DNA of 42,037 nt from a virus: the UHGV virus genome UHGV-1350584; one strand, written 5' to 3'. A program made the translations under genes and the position numbers. The notes under the pieces are model-generated. The model was given only the letters and a program-made list of their open reading frames with translations. It was not told the origin of the DNA and ran no database searches. How positions within the stretch are numbered: the stretch's first letter is position 1; every line of letters starts with the position of its first letter. Shown one piece after another: positions 7,674 to 16,675 of the stretch.

Positions 7674-8292
7674 AGAAACACTATTTAATCAATTAAATCA
7701 GAAAGATGTAAACGATCATGTAGAAAAGAAAAACGGATTAACCTACCTAGCATGGTCATACGCTCATCAAGAATTAAAGAAGATAGACAGCAACTACAGT
7801 ATTAAAACACATGAATTTGTACACCCTGATGTACCACTAGATAACTATTTTGTACCTTATTTAGCTACTCCAGAGGGTTACTTCGTACAAGTGTCAGTAA
7901 CTGTAAAAGGACAAACTGAAACAGAATGGCTTCCAGTATTGGATTTTAGAAACAAATCTTTAGCAAAGGGTAGCGCGACAACGTTCGATATTAATAAAGC
8001 TCAAAAACGTTGTTTCGTTAAAGCTGCAGCATTACATGGTCTAGGCCTTTATATATATAACGGTGAAGAAGTTCCAAGTGCTAACGACAATGACATTACA
8101 GAATTAGAAGAACGTATCAACCAGTTTGTAACTTTATCTCAAGAAAAAGGTAGAGACGCAACGCTAGACAAAACAATGCGTTGGTTAGGTATTCAAAACA
8201 TTAACAAAGTTACTAAAAAAGATATAGCAAATGCACATCAAAAACTAGATGCAGGACTAAAACAATTAGATAAGGAGAATTCGAATGACTAA
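7666..8292 (+). CDS. Single-strand annealing protein, Sak/Rad52-like (putative)
   Basis: ATG at 7666 follows AGGAGG (the track's 7651 start lies within the RBS). It is immediately upstream of, and translationally coupled to, SSB, as in phi11-type recombination modules. GLTYLAWSYAHQEL motif. Confidence 0.5.
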   Translation: MTEETLFNQLNQKDVNDHVEKKNGLTYLAWSYAHQELKKIDSNYSIKTHEFVHPDVPLDNYFVPYLATPEGYFVQVSVTVKGQTETEWLPVLDFRNKSLAKGSATTFDINKAQKRCFVKAAALHGLGLYIYNGEEVPSANDNDITELEERINQFVTLSQEKGRDATLDKTMRWLGIQNINKVTKKDIANAHQKLDAGLKQLDKENSND

Positions 8293-8701
8293 TTTAACTA
8301 TTTTAACAGGACGTATCACTAAAGATTTAGAACTTAAACAAGCAGGACAAACACAAGTAACTAACTTCTCTATGGCAGTGGACAATCCATTCAAAAAAGA
8401 TGACACATCATTCTTTGACATCGTAGCGTTTGGCAAAACTGCACAACTATTAAACGACTATTGCGGTAAGGGAAGCAAAGTTTTAATCGAAGGCAACTTG
8501 AAGCAAGACCGTTTCCAAGATAAAGAAGGTAACAATCGTTCAGTAGTACGAGTGATTGCAAATAGAATTGAATTCTTAGATAGCAAAGGTAGTAACCAGC
8601 AAAACAATCAACCTCAACAACAAAGAGGACAAGCGCCAACAGGCGACAATCCGTTTGCAAATGCTAATGACGATATTTCAGAATCGGAACTCCCTTTCTA
8701 G
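8285..8701 (+). CDS. ssb: Single-stranded DNA-binding protein
   Basis: OB-fold N-terminus (TGRITKDLELKQ...FDIVAFGKTAQ), a Q/N-rich linker and an acidic C-terminal tail DDISESELPF. Confidence 0.9.
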   Translation: MTNLTILTGRITKDLELKQAGQTQVTNFSMAVDNPFKKDDTSFFDIVAFGKTAQLLNDYCGKGSKVLIEGNLKQDRFQDKEGNNRSVVRVIANRIEFLDSKGSNQQNNQPQQQRGQAPTGDNPFANANDDISESELPF

Positions 8702-8712
8702 GATGTGATTAA

Positions 8713-9264
8713 ATGGCTGAAATTTGGAAAGATGTGGTTGGTTATGAAGGTATCTACGAAGTAAGCAATAAAGGTCGAGTAAGAACTCATAAAGATAAAG
8801 TTAGTTGGTCAAAACGCTTTAAAAAATGGAGACATTGGAAGCAACGTTACTTAAAAGACAAAACACCTAATGGTAGAGATGCAAGAGTAGCACTTTGGAA
8901 AGATGGAAAACCAAAATACTTTTTAGTTCATCGATTAGTAGCGTTTGCTTTCATACCAAGAATTGAAAGTAAGGATTGTATAAATCATATTGATGGTAAT
9001 CCTAAAAATAATAATGCTAGCAATCTTGAATGGTGTAATTATAAAGAGAATATTAATCATGCTTTCGAAAACGGATTAACCACTACCAATATGGCCGTAA
9101 GATTAACGAATCATCTTGGCATTGAATATGAATTTATAAGTATGAGTAGAGCTAGTGAGTTTTTAGATCGCAATCACGGATATGTAAGTGGCCGATTGAA
9201 AAACAACTGTTCGAAGTTAACGGATACAGATGGCAATAAATACAAAGTCGAGAAGTTGATATAA
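8713..9264 (+). CDS. Freestanding HNH homing endonuclease (NUMOD4-like N-terminus plus HNH_3)
   Basis: WKDVVGYEGIYEVSNKGRVRT (NUMOD4-like). NHIDGNPKNNNASNLEWCNYKENINH (HNH). Confidence 0.8.
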   Translation: MAEIWKDVVGYEGIYEVSNKGRVRTHKDKVSWSKRFKKWRHWKQRYLKDKTPNGRDARVALWKDGKPKYFLVHRLVAFAFIPRIESKDCINHIDGNPKNNNASNLEWCNYKENINHAFENGLTTTNMAVRLTNHLGIEYEFISMSRASEFLDRNHGYVSGRLKNNCSKLTDTDGNKYKVEKLI

Positions 9265-9954
9265 ATGCAAAAAATCAAAAATTACATCACTCAAGATGAC
9301 GGTACAACTACTGTAGTCATCAAAGGAGTAGAACTAGATAACAAAACATCATTGCTTTTAGACAACGGTTACGAAGTAGAAGCAGATGTAAGAGTTGTAG
9401 ATCCATTCAAGATTACAGATAAGCAGCGTAGAAAAGTATTTGCTCTCTGTAACGACATAGAAACTTACACAGGACAACCACGCGACTATATGAGGTATTT
9501 GTTCATGGATTACGTAGAAGTTCTCTATGGCTATGAAAAACGTCTCTCATTGAGTGATTGCACAAGAGAACAAGCTAAACAAGTTATAGAAGTTATTCTC
9601 GATTGGGTGTTTCACAACAATATACCACTTAATTATAAGACAAGTGACCTACTCAAAAATGATAAAGCGTTCCTTTATTGGTCAACGGTCAATCGTAACT
9701 GTGTTATCTGTGGTAAACCACATTCCGACTTAGCACATAGATTTGCGGTAGGACGTGGCAGAGATAGAACGAAGATTAATCATTTCGGAAATCAAGTGTT
9801 AGCTCTATGTAGATCTCATCACAACGAACAGCACCAAATAGGAATGGACACATTCAATAACAAATATCACCTAACAGACAGTTGGGTGGATGTGGATGAA
9901 CGACTAAACAAAATGCTGAAAGGAGCTAAAAATGAATTCGAGAGTAATAACTAA
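9265..9954 (+). CDS. DUF968-like Cys/His-motif protein (putative HNH-like nuclease)
   Basis: CVICGKPHSDLAHRF...LALCRSHHNEQHQ metal-binding pattern. Confidence 0.5.
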   Translation: MQKIKNYITQDDGTTTVVIKGVELDNKTSLLLDNGYEVEADVRVVDPFKITDKQRRKVFALCNDIETYTGQPRDYMRYLFMDYVEVLYGYEKRLSLSDCTREQAKQVIEVILDWVFHNNIPLNYKTSDLLKNDKAFLYWSTVNRNCVICGKPHSDLAHRFAVGRGRDRTKINHFGNQVLALCRSHHNEQHQIGMDTFNNKYHLTDSWVDVDERLNKMLKGAKNEFESNN

Positions 9955-10162
9955 AGAAAATAAGAAAGAAATTGCTAATAGAATCAAACAAATAAGATTA
10001 CAAAGAAATTTTGATATAAACGAATTCGGTGCAATCTTGTATGTATCTCCTTTCTCTATAAAACAATGGGAAGAAGGCAAAAGAATTCCTAATCTTGAAA
10101 AAATAAAATTGATAGCATTCATATTCAAAACAACACCTGAATGGCTATTGTACGGGGAGTGA
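9932..10162 (+). CDS. HTH_XRE-family small regulator (76 aa)
   Basis: RBS AAAGGAG. NRIKQIRLQRNFDINEFGAILYVSPFSIKQWEEGKRIP. Confidence 0.6.
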   Translation: MNSRVITKENKKEIANRIKQIRLQRNFDINEFGAILYVSPFSIKQWEEGKRIPNLEKIKLIAFIFKTTPEWLLYGE

Positions 10163-10167
10163 AAAAG

Positions 10168-10896
10168 ATGGCGATCTTTAGAACGATAAAAGAAAGCGGG
10201 GATTTCGTAACAGTCCATAAAGCTTTTGTTTTTGATAATAAGTTGAGTGCCAAAGCAAAAGGGATACTACTTTACTTCTTAAGTAGACCTGATAATTGGC
10301 AAATATACACATCGGAAGTAGTTAAGCATATGAACGACGGTCAGAAATCTATAAACAGTGGCATACAAGAGTTAATAAAAAGTAAGTATGTTCATAGAAT
10401 ACAAAAAAGGACTGACAATGGCGTTTTTAATGGGTACGAATACTTAGTTTATGAAAAGCCAACCGAAATGCCATTTTCGGCAAACGGATTATCGGCAAAC
10501 GGAAAAACGGAAAACCGAAAAGGGCAAACTACTAATAATAATAGTACTAATAATGATTTAACTAATAATAAAAACACTAATAATGTGACAGACGAGACAT
10601 CAAAATTATTCCAATATATTAGTAATAACTTAGAAATCATACAAAATCCATTAAAAGCACAACAACTAGAAGAAGCTATAAAGGATTTTAAAGATAACAA
10701 ACTAGAGATCGTTACTGTAGCTACTGATTACTGCAGAGAAAATAGCAAAGGTGTTAACTACCTTATCAAAGTATTAGAAAACTGGAATAAAGACGGTGTC
10801 AATACTAAAGAAAAAGCAATATCTAAGATTAAACCTAGAAACAATAAAGAAGATGATTACCTAGCTAAGAAGAAACAGGAACTATTAGGAGGTTAG
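10168..10896 (+). CDS. Replication initiator / replisome organizer (winged-helix N-terminal domain, DnaD-like C-terminus)
   Basis: ATG at 10168 follows GGGGAG. The N-terminus FRTIKESGDFVTVHKAFVFDNKLSAKAKGILLYFLSRPDNWQIY is a typical phage rep-organizer N-domain. An internal iteron/AT-rich linker is present. Confidence 0.7.
   Translation: MAIFRTIKESGDFVTVHKAFVFDNKLSAKAKGILLYFLSRPDNWQIYTSEVVKHMNDGQKSINSGIQELIKSKYVHRIQKRTDNGVFNGYEYLVYEKPTEMPFSANGLSANGKTENRKGQTTNNNSTNNDLTNNKNTNNVTDETSKLFQYISNNLEIIQNPLKAQQLEEAIKDFKDNKLEIVTVATDYCRENSKGVNYLIKVLENWNKDGVNTKEKAISKIKPRNNKEDDYLAKKKQELLGG
10474..10580. repeat. Putative phage origin: iterons plus AT-rich tract inside the initiator gene
   Basis: CGGCAAACGGA occurs twice (10476-10486, 10492-10502). 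AACGGAAAA / CCGAAAAG follow, then ACTAATAAT occurs four or more times in an AT-rich stretch. Confidence 0.5.
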
Positions 10897-10901
10897 ACAT
10901 T

Positions 10902-11255
10902 ATGTCAATGACTGAACTGGAGGCAATTGAAATATTAGAGTTAATAAATAATGTCTACGATATGAAATTCAATAAAATTAAGTACAACCTTTGGGTAGAA
11001 CAACTCACACAATATGGGGATTTCGACAGAACACTACACAAAACAAAGAAATATGTTAGAGAAAGTCGTTATAAACCTACGATTGCACAAATTATTGATC
11101 GCAAACCACCAGAAATGAAAAGCGCAGTGATACCAGAAGAACAGACTGATAAATATAGAATGCAGCACGATAAAGAGTTTAGAGAGAGAAGGCGACAATT
11201 AAGAAAACAATGGCAAAAGATGAAAGAGGATTGGGGGTTAGATGATGAGTATTGA
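10902..11255 (+). CDS. Hypothetical protein (117 aa) between initiator and helicase (possible helicase-loader accessory)
   Basis: Good RBS (GGAGG) and operon position. Confidence 0.5.
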   Translation: MSMTELEAIEILELINNVYDMKFNKIKYNLWVEQLTQYGDFDRTLHKTKKYVRESRYKPTIAQIIDRKPPEMKSAVIPEEQTDKYRMQHDKEFRERRRQLRKQWQKMKEDWGLDDEY

Positions 11256-12492
11256 TGTGTTGAGTACCGAAGAATCTATTATATCTAACCTCATGCGTAA
11301 CCCAGAGTTACTAAGTAAATTCAGATTGAAACCTGAAATGTTTACTGATGAAAAATTAAGAGTGTTCATTGAGTATGCACTAGAGCAAGGGAAAGTCGAT
11401 GTAAACCAAATCTACTTTAAAAGTCGTGATGATAATGAATTTATATCTACTGACCGATTAGGTCGTTTATACAACTCAGATGGCACTGACAAGGCATTTT
11501 TTATGGACGACCAATTGAACCTATTACAAGAATACGTCTTGTCACAGGCTCGTGAGAAGCTCACAGAGTATCAATCAATGCCGAGTAAAGAAAATTTTAA
11601 TTATTTGGTAGAGGAATTAGAGAAATTAAAAGGTATGACAATAAAAAAAGCAGACGCTACTGATAGTTTTCTAGCTGAAGTTGTAGAAAATATTTTATCT
11701 GATGAACCAAAACAATTTGTTAAAACTGGTATTGCTTCTATAGATAACAAAATCATTGGTTTTGAACCAGGTCAGTTGAATGTATTAGGTGCAAGACCTT
11801 CGTTAGGTAAAACTTCTCTTGCATTAACGATGATGTGGAATATCGCGCAGCGTGGGTACCCTACAACGTTCTTTAGTTTAGAAACTGGAGGTAACAATAT
11901 CGTTGAGAGATTAGTTGCAACAATAACAAATATTCCACTATCTAAAATTAAGCAAGGCAACGGATTAAATGATGATGAAGTTTCATCGGTAATGTCTGCT
12001 ATAGATCAAATTAAAAAATGTAATTCTTTAAAGATTGAGGACCAAGCACAAATGACACCACAAGACGTTAGAGAAGTCGCATCTCAAAAAACAGACAAAC
12101 CTCACGTTATATTTATTGATTATCTTACACTCATGCAATCAGATGTTCCTCAACGTGATAGACGATTAGAAGTTGAAAAAATTTCTCGTGATTTAAAAAT
12201 TATAGCTAAAGAAACAGGTTGTATCATTATCGCGCTATCTCAATTAAGTAGAGGTGTAGAAAGTCGTAGTGATAAACGTCCGATGATGTCAGATTTAAGA
12301 GAAGCAGGAGGAATTGAGCAAGACGCGAATATGATTTTCTTCTTATACCGTGACGATTATTACGACCAAGACCAACAAGACAACATTACAGGCAAGTCGG
12401 AAATTGAATTCATTATTTCTAAAAATAAAGACGGAGAAACAGGGGTGGCACACCTTGATTTCTACAAGAAAACGCAGAGGTTTTATGGATGA
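11242..12492 (+). CDS. Replicative DNA helicase, DnaB family
   Basis: Walker A GARPSLGKTSLAL and Walker B VIFIDYLTLM. RecA-like C-terminus (SQLSRGVESR...DLREAGGIEQDAN). Confidence 0.9.
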   Translation: MMSIDVLSTEESIISNLMRNPELLSKFRLKPEMFTDEKLRVFIEYALEQGKVDVNQIYFKSRDDNEFISTDRLGRLYNSDGTDKAFFMDDQLNLLQEYVLSQAREKLTEYQSMPSKENFNYLVEELEKLKGMTIKKADATDSFLAEVVENILSDEPKQFVKTGIASIDNKIIGFEPGQLNVLGARPSLGKTSLALTMMWNIAQRGYPTTFFSLETGGNNIVERLVATITNIPLSKIKQGNGLNDDEVSSVMSAIDQIKKCNSLKIEDQAQMTPQDVREVASQKTDKPHVIFIDYLTLMQSDVPQRDRRLEVEKISRDLKIIAKETGCIIIALSQLSRGVESRSDKRPMMSDLREAGGIEQDANMIFFLYRDDYYDQDQQDNITGKSEIEFIISKNKDGETGVAHLDFYKKTQRFYG

Positions 12493-12710
12493 AAGTTTAT
12501 GAGTATCAGCAACTTTTAGGTTTTATGTATCGAGAGGATTATAAAGAAGATCCAATCATAGCCAAAATATTAATTGAGTCTGGGTGGGCAGTTAAAAGGC
12601 TGCTTGATACTGGAACCATTAAACCCTTTGACGATTATGAAGAAGTGAAAGAGTTAATCATGAATGAAACGAAGTGGAGGCAACCAGATGGGACTTATCG
12701 ACGGACTTAA
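12489..12710 (+). CDS. Hypothetical protein (73 aa)
   Basis: ORF coupled to the helicase stop. Confidence 0.45.
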   Translation: MKVYEYQQLLGFMYREDYKEDPIIAKILIESGWAVKRLLDTGTIKPFDDYEEVKELIMNETKWRQPDGTYRRT

Positions 12711-12933
12711 AAAGCAATACACGTTATATCAGATTGACGGTTGGAAGATGTGCAGTGTAACGCCGTTAGGAGAAGATACATTCAAACTAGGTAACTATGC
12801 AGGCATACACTTTAGAAACACATTTTCAGGAACAGTAACGAAAGATGAACTAGAAAAACTGAAACGCAAACATAAGCTTTTCAGAAAAGAAGAATTGCAA
12901 CAACAGATGACAATTAACGAATTATTATTTTGA
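12688..12933 (+). CDS. Hypothetical protein (81 aa)
   Basis: ATG at 12688 follows GGAGG. Confidence 0.45.
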   Translation: MGLIDGLKKQYTLYQIDGWKMCSVTPLGEDTFKLGNYAGIHFRNTFSGTVTKDELEKLKRKHKLFRKEELQQQMTINELLF

Positions 12934-12941
12934 GGTGAGTT

Positions 12942-13349
12942 ATGGAAATAGAGATTAATTTTAATGATACGTATAAGGAACCTATTGGCTCTCCTCGTCC
13001 ACGTTTTAGAAATGTAGGTAAATTTGTTCAAACATACATGCCAACGTCTTACACAAAGCATAAAGCATATATACAGAGTCAGTTACCTAAAAAGATGTTG
13101 AACAGTAGATTGAAAGTATCAATATATTTTTACTTCGCACCACCTAAAAGTTGGACTAAGAATCAAAAGTTAATATCGATAGGTCAATATAAACGTACGA
13201 AACCAGATATAGACAATTTAATCAAAACAGTGCTAGACGCTGCTAACGATCACTTATGGAAAGATGATAACCAAATTGCACACATTGAAAGCTTTAAGCA
13301 ATATGCAGAAGAACCAAAAATAATCATGAATGTAGAGGAAGTGGAGTGA
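12942..13349 (+). CDS. rusA: RusA-family Holliday junction resolvase
   Basis: KPDIDNLIKTVLDAANDHLWKDDNQIAHIE catalytic motif. RBS GAGGTGAG. Confidence 0.85.
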   Translation: MEIEINFNDTYKEPIGSPRPRFRNVGKFVQTYMPTSYTKHKAYIQSQLPKKMLNSRLKVSIYFYFAPPKSWTKNQKLISIGQYKRTKPDIDNLIKTVLDAANDHLWKDDNQIAHIESFKQYAEEPKIIMNVEEVE

Positions 13350-13541
13350 ATGGCTAACAGAGAAGAAACGATTACAGTCGAAGCAACAATGAAAGTTAGA
13401 TGTAAGTATCCAGTTTGGGTAAACAATCAAATTACTGCAAGTGATGAAAAGGAACGTATTTTAGATTTAATCAGTAACAACCCTGACAAAGAATTGATGA
13501 ATGAAGATTTTGAACTAGTTGAATTAATAGAGGTGGAATAA
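13350..13541 (+). CDS. Hypothetical protein (63 aa)
   Basis: Coupled ORF. Confidence 0.4.
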   Translation: MANREETITVEATMKVRCKYPVWVNNQITASDEKERILDLISNNPDKELMNEDFELVELIEVE

Positions 13542-13901
13542 ATGGAAGCAACAAAAATGAGAGTTAAAAATAAATACTTCTCTATTACACCAGATGTAGT
13601 AGAGAAAATGAAAAAAGCAGATATTAATTCAGATATCTTAAGACAAAGATTAGCTTCTGGTTGGAAGTTTGAAGATGCAATAGAAGCACCTATTGGAGTA
13701 AGACGTAGTGAGTGGGATAGTTTGAAACCTAAAGAGGACGAAATTGCTAGTTATAAAGAGAGAATGGAGCAACGCAGATTACAAGAATTGAAACGTAAGA
13801 AACCACATTTATTCACAGTGCCTCAAAAACACCCTCGTGGTAAATGGTGCACGCACCTTATGGAGAATGACATATTCCCTAGAAAGGTGGTTAGATCATG
13901 A
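13542..13901 (+). CDS. Hypothetical protein (119 aa)
   Basis: RBS GGAGGTGG upstream. Confidence 0.5.
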   Translation: MEATKMRVKNKYFSITPDVVEKMKKADINSDILRQRLASGWKFEDAIEAPIGVRRSEWDSLKPKEDEIASYKERMEQRRLQELKRKKPHLFTVPQKHPRGKWCTHLMENDIFPRKVVRS

Positions 13902-14341
13902 GCATTAAAGATTTGATTATAGGCGATAGAATCAGAATCCAAGAAGTTAACGGTGTTGAAATTACAGTGCAAATAAAAAATGTTTATCGTTTAGTTCAGT
14001 CAAGTCTTGATATGGATAAATGGGTTGCTGATGTAGAAGCAATTGACGGGAGAACTTGGACTATTGATGATTGTTATGATTTTTACTCATTACCTAATGG
14101 AAATGAAGGAACTAAAAAGACATTAGATGACAAGGTTAACCACCCGTCGCATTACACGTATGGAGATATGGAAATTATAGACTTCATAGAGCAAGTCACT
14201 AAAGATTACAAACCAGAGTTAGCATTTGCGATTGGTAATGCAATCAAGTATATAAGTCGAGCTAATCGTAAGAACGGTAAAGAAGATTTAGACAAAGCAC
14301 GTTGGTATCTAAACAGAGCATTTGAGAAGTGGGAGGGTTAA
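13898..14341 (+). CDS. DUF3310-family phage protein
   Basis: NHPSHYTYGDMEIIDFIEQVTKDYKPELAFAIGNAIKYISRANRKNGKEDLDKARWYLNR matches the DUF3310 pattern. Confidence 0.6.
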   Translation: MSIKDLIIGDRIRIQEVNGVEITVQIKNVYRLVQSSLDMDKWVADVEAIDGRTWTIDDCYDFYSLPNGNEGTKKTLDDKVNHPSHYTYGDMEIIDFIEQVTKDYKPELAFAIGNAIKYISRANRKNGKEDLDKARWYLNRAFEKWEG

Positions 14342-14345
14342 TGAA

Positions 14346-14576
14346 ATGAGAAACACATTGACAGATTTAAACAATCATTTATTTGCACAATTAGAAAGAT
14401 TAAGCGATGAAGATTTAAAAGGCGAAGAATTAAAAGAGGAGTTACAAAGATCTAATGCAGTTTCTAAAGTAGCTCAAAATATCATTAATAATGGCAGTTT
14501 AGTCCTGCAAGCACAAAAGTTTAAAGATGAAAAATTAGATGCAGAATCAGAAATCCCTAAGTTGTTAGGAGAGTAA
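14346..14576 (+). CDS. Hypothetical protein (76 aa)
   Basis: ATG at 14346 after GGGAGGG. Confidence 0.45.
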   Translation: MRNTLTDLNNHLFAQLERLSDEDLKGEELKEELQRSNAVSKVAQNIINNGSLVLQAQKFKDEKLDAESEIPKLLGE

Positions 14577-14581
14577 TAGCC

Positions 14582-15196
14582 ATGAGACATGTATGGACTG
14601 ATGAGCATGAAAAATATATTCGAAATAACATCAAAGGTAAAACTAAGAAAGAAATGACAGAAATGTTTAATAAGGAGTTTGGCACTGATGTTACTACAGA
14701 TAAAATGAAAGGTTTTTGTTCGAGAAAAAGGATAAGAAGTGGCGTTGATTGTAAGTTTAAAAAAGGTGTGCCTTCTTGGAACAAAGGTAAAAGTTTTCCG
14801 TCTAGAGGCAGAAGCTCTGAAACTCAATTTAAGAAAGGACAAAAGCCCGATAACACATTTCCTTTAGGAACGATAAAAACCACTACTGACGGTTATAAGT
14901 TTATAAAAATCAAAAAACGAGGTTCTAAAAACGAATGTTGGAAACAATACACACATTATTTATGGGAACAAAAGCACGGACCTGTGCCCAAAGGATATTG
15001 TTTAATACATTTGAATCAAAACAGGTCAGACTGTAGCGAAGAAAATATAGCATTGGTAAGTCGTAAAGAATTAGTACGTATTAACAAACTTAATTTAACT
15101 TCAACTGATCGTAACTTAACTAAAGCAGGAATCAACTTTGTTAAATTATTAAACAAACAAAAAGAAGTTAAGGACAAAATAAATGCTACTAAGTGA
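14582..15196 (+). CDS. Freestanding HNH endonuclease (HNH_3 with extra N- and C-terminal DNA-binding segments)
   Basis: GYCLIHLNQNRSDCSEENIALVSRKE HNH_3 signature. Basic patches flank it. Confidence 0.65.
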   Translation: MRHVWTDEHEKYIRNNIKGKTKKEMTEMFNKEFGTDVTTDKMKGFCSRKRIRSGVDCKFKKGVPSWNKGKSFPSRGRSSETQFKKGQKPDNTFPLGTIKTTTDGYKFIKIKKRGSKNECWKQYTHYLWEQKHGPVPKGYCLIHLNQNRSDCSEENIALVSRKELVRINKLNLTSTDRNLTKAGINFVKLLNKQKEVKDKINATK

Positions 15197-15383
15197 TACG
15201 GTATCCCAACGATACAGATACAACACACAAGGTAAGACGCCTACAGAAATACAACAGGAGTTACGACAGATAGGTGTTAAAGGCTTTGTGGTTAAAGTAG
15301 CAGGAAGCAGAGTGACGATGAAAGTTGAGAAAGAAAATATAAGAAAGAATAGGGAGTGTATGAGGAATGGCAGAAGTAACTAA
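15183..15383 (+). CDS. Hypothetical protein (66 aa)
   Basis: ORF only, weak RBS. Confidence 0.3.
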   Translation: MLLSDTVSQRYRYNTQGKTPTEIQQELRQIGVKGFVVKVAGSRVTMKVEKENIRKNRECMRNGRSN

Positions 15384-15693
15384 GGAACAATTATTAGAAT
15401 TCATTAGAAACAATGAGTTAGATTTAGACGAAAGCTATCCACGTAGTGATTGGTGGAAGTTTAGAAATGAACGTGACAGTTTACGTAAGCAACGTGATGA
15501 ACTCATCAATGATATGGCAGAAACGAAAAGGAAAGCAGAGGCGTTTGATGAGATAGTAAAAGTTTTAGCTAGTATCTCAAAAGAGATAGTGGAATATCCA
15601 GGCGATAATGATAAACAAAAAGAGGTTATCTACAAAAGATATGATGATTTATTTGAACCTATGAAATTATTGGAGGTAAACGATGAAAGATAA
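15367..15693 (+). CDS. Hypothetical protein (108 aa)
   Basis: RBS GGAGTG. Part of the small-ORF cluster upstream of dut. Confidence 0.5.
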   Translation: MAEVTKEQLLEFIRNNELDLDESYPRSDWWKFRNERDSLRKQRDELINDMAETKRKAEAFDEIVKVLASISKEIVEYPGDNDKQKEVIYKRYDDLFEPMKLLEVNDER

Positions 15694-15931
15694 AGATTAT
15701 AAAAGTTTATGGATAAAGTTGAAAGAGAAGAAATTAAAAGAATATGTGGAAGTACATCGCTCAGTAAATCAAATTATAACACCATACAATCAATATCATT
15801 TATTTGAGATAGCTAACGAAATGGTAAGTGAAAACGAATTAAAGCGAGATTTAAAATATATGGACCAACTAGACGGAACGCATGAGTTCCAAAATTTATT
15901 AAGTGATTTGGAGGCTTGCAATGGACAATAG
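15683..15931 (+). CDS. Hypothetical protein (82 aa)
   Basis: RBS GGAGGT upstream, coupled. Confidence 0.5.
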   Translation: MKDKDYKSLWIKLKEKKLKEYVEVHRSVNQIITPYNQYHLFEIANEMVSENELKRDLKYMDQLDGTHEFQNLLSDLEACNGQ

Positions 15932-16100
15932 AGAGTTTATCCAACGCTGTATAGTATCATCTACAGCTTTTACAGGACACGATGGGTGTTTACTAATCAA
16001 AGAGCTTAACGAAGTATATCGCAAGGCGGAGTTGTACGACAAAATAGTGGAAAGTAATTCAAAGAGTTTAGTAGAAAATGGAGGGCATGTAAATGAGTAA
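15921..16100 (+). CDS. Hypothetical protein (59 aa)
   Basis: ATG at 15921 after GGAGG. Confidence 0.4.
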   Translation: MDNREFIQRCIVSSTAFTGHDGCLLIKELNEVYRKAELYDKIVESNSKSLVENGGHVNE

Positions 16101-16632
16101 GAAATTAGAAATTAAATTGTTATCAGAAAATGCAACTATGCCAAAGAGAGATAGATTAGATGCTGGGTACGATATCTATTCAGCAGAAACAGTAATACTT
16201 GAGCCACAGGAGAAAGCAGTAATTAAAACAGATATAGCAGTAAACATACCTGAAGGATATGTAGGGTTGTTAACTTCAAGAAGTGGTGTAAGTAGCAAAA
16301 CTCATTTAGTGATTGAAACAGGCAAGATTGATGCGGGCTATCAAGGCAATCTAGGTATTAACATTAAGAATGATGTAGGAACATTACAAGACAGTTATAG
16401 TACGTTTAAAAACGACGATGAGGAGAAAATTAAAGGTTATTTAATACGTGATATACGTGGAGAATATTATAGAGAATTTCATTGCTTGCCTCATTCTTAT
16501 TGTATAAAAAAAGGCGACAAACTTGCACAACTTGTTATCGTACCTATTTGGACACCAGAGTTAAAAGAAGTAGAGGAGTTTAGCAGTGAGTCAGAAAGAG
16601 GAGAGCAAGGATTTGGATCAACAGGATACTAA
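16093..16632 (+). CDS. dut: Trimeric dUTPase with staphylococcal-phage extra motif VI insertion
   Basis: Motifs I (AGYDIYS), II (LTSRSG), III (GKIDAGYQGNLGINIKN), IV (GDKLAQLVIV) and V (RGEQGFGSTG). A ~40-aa insert (DVGTLQDSYSTFKNDDEEKIKGYLIRDIRGEYYREFHCLPHSYC) lies between III and IV. Confidence 0.9.
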   Translation: MSKKLEIKLLSENATMPKRDRLDAGYDIYSAETVILEPQEKAVIKTDIAVNIPEGYVGLLTSRSGVSSKTHLVIETGKIDAGYQGNLGINIKNDVGTLQDSYSTFKNDDEEKIKGYLIRDIRGEYYREFHCLPHSYCIKKGDKLAQLVIVPIWTPELKEVEEFSSESERGEQGFGSTGY

Positions 16633-16675
16633 AGATATAGTATCAGAGATTAAAAGAATACTAGGTAAGGATTGA

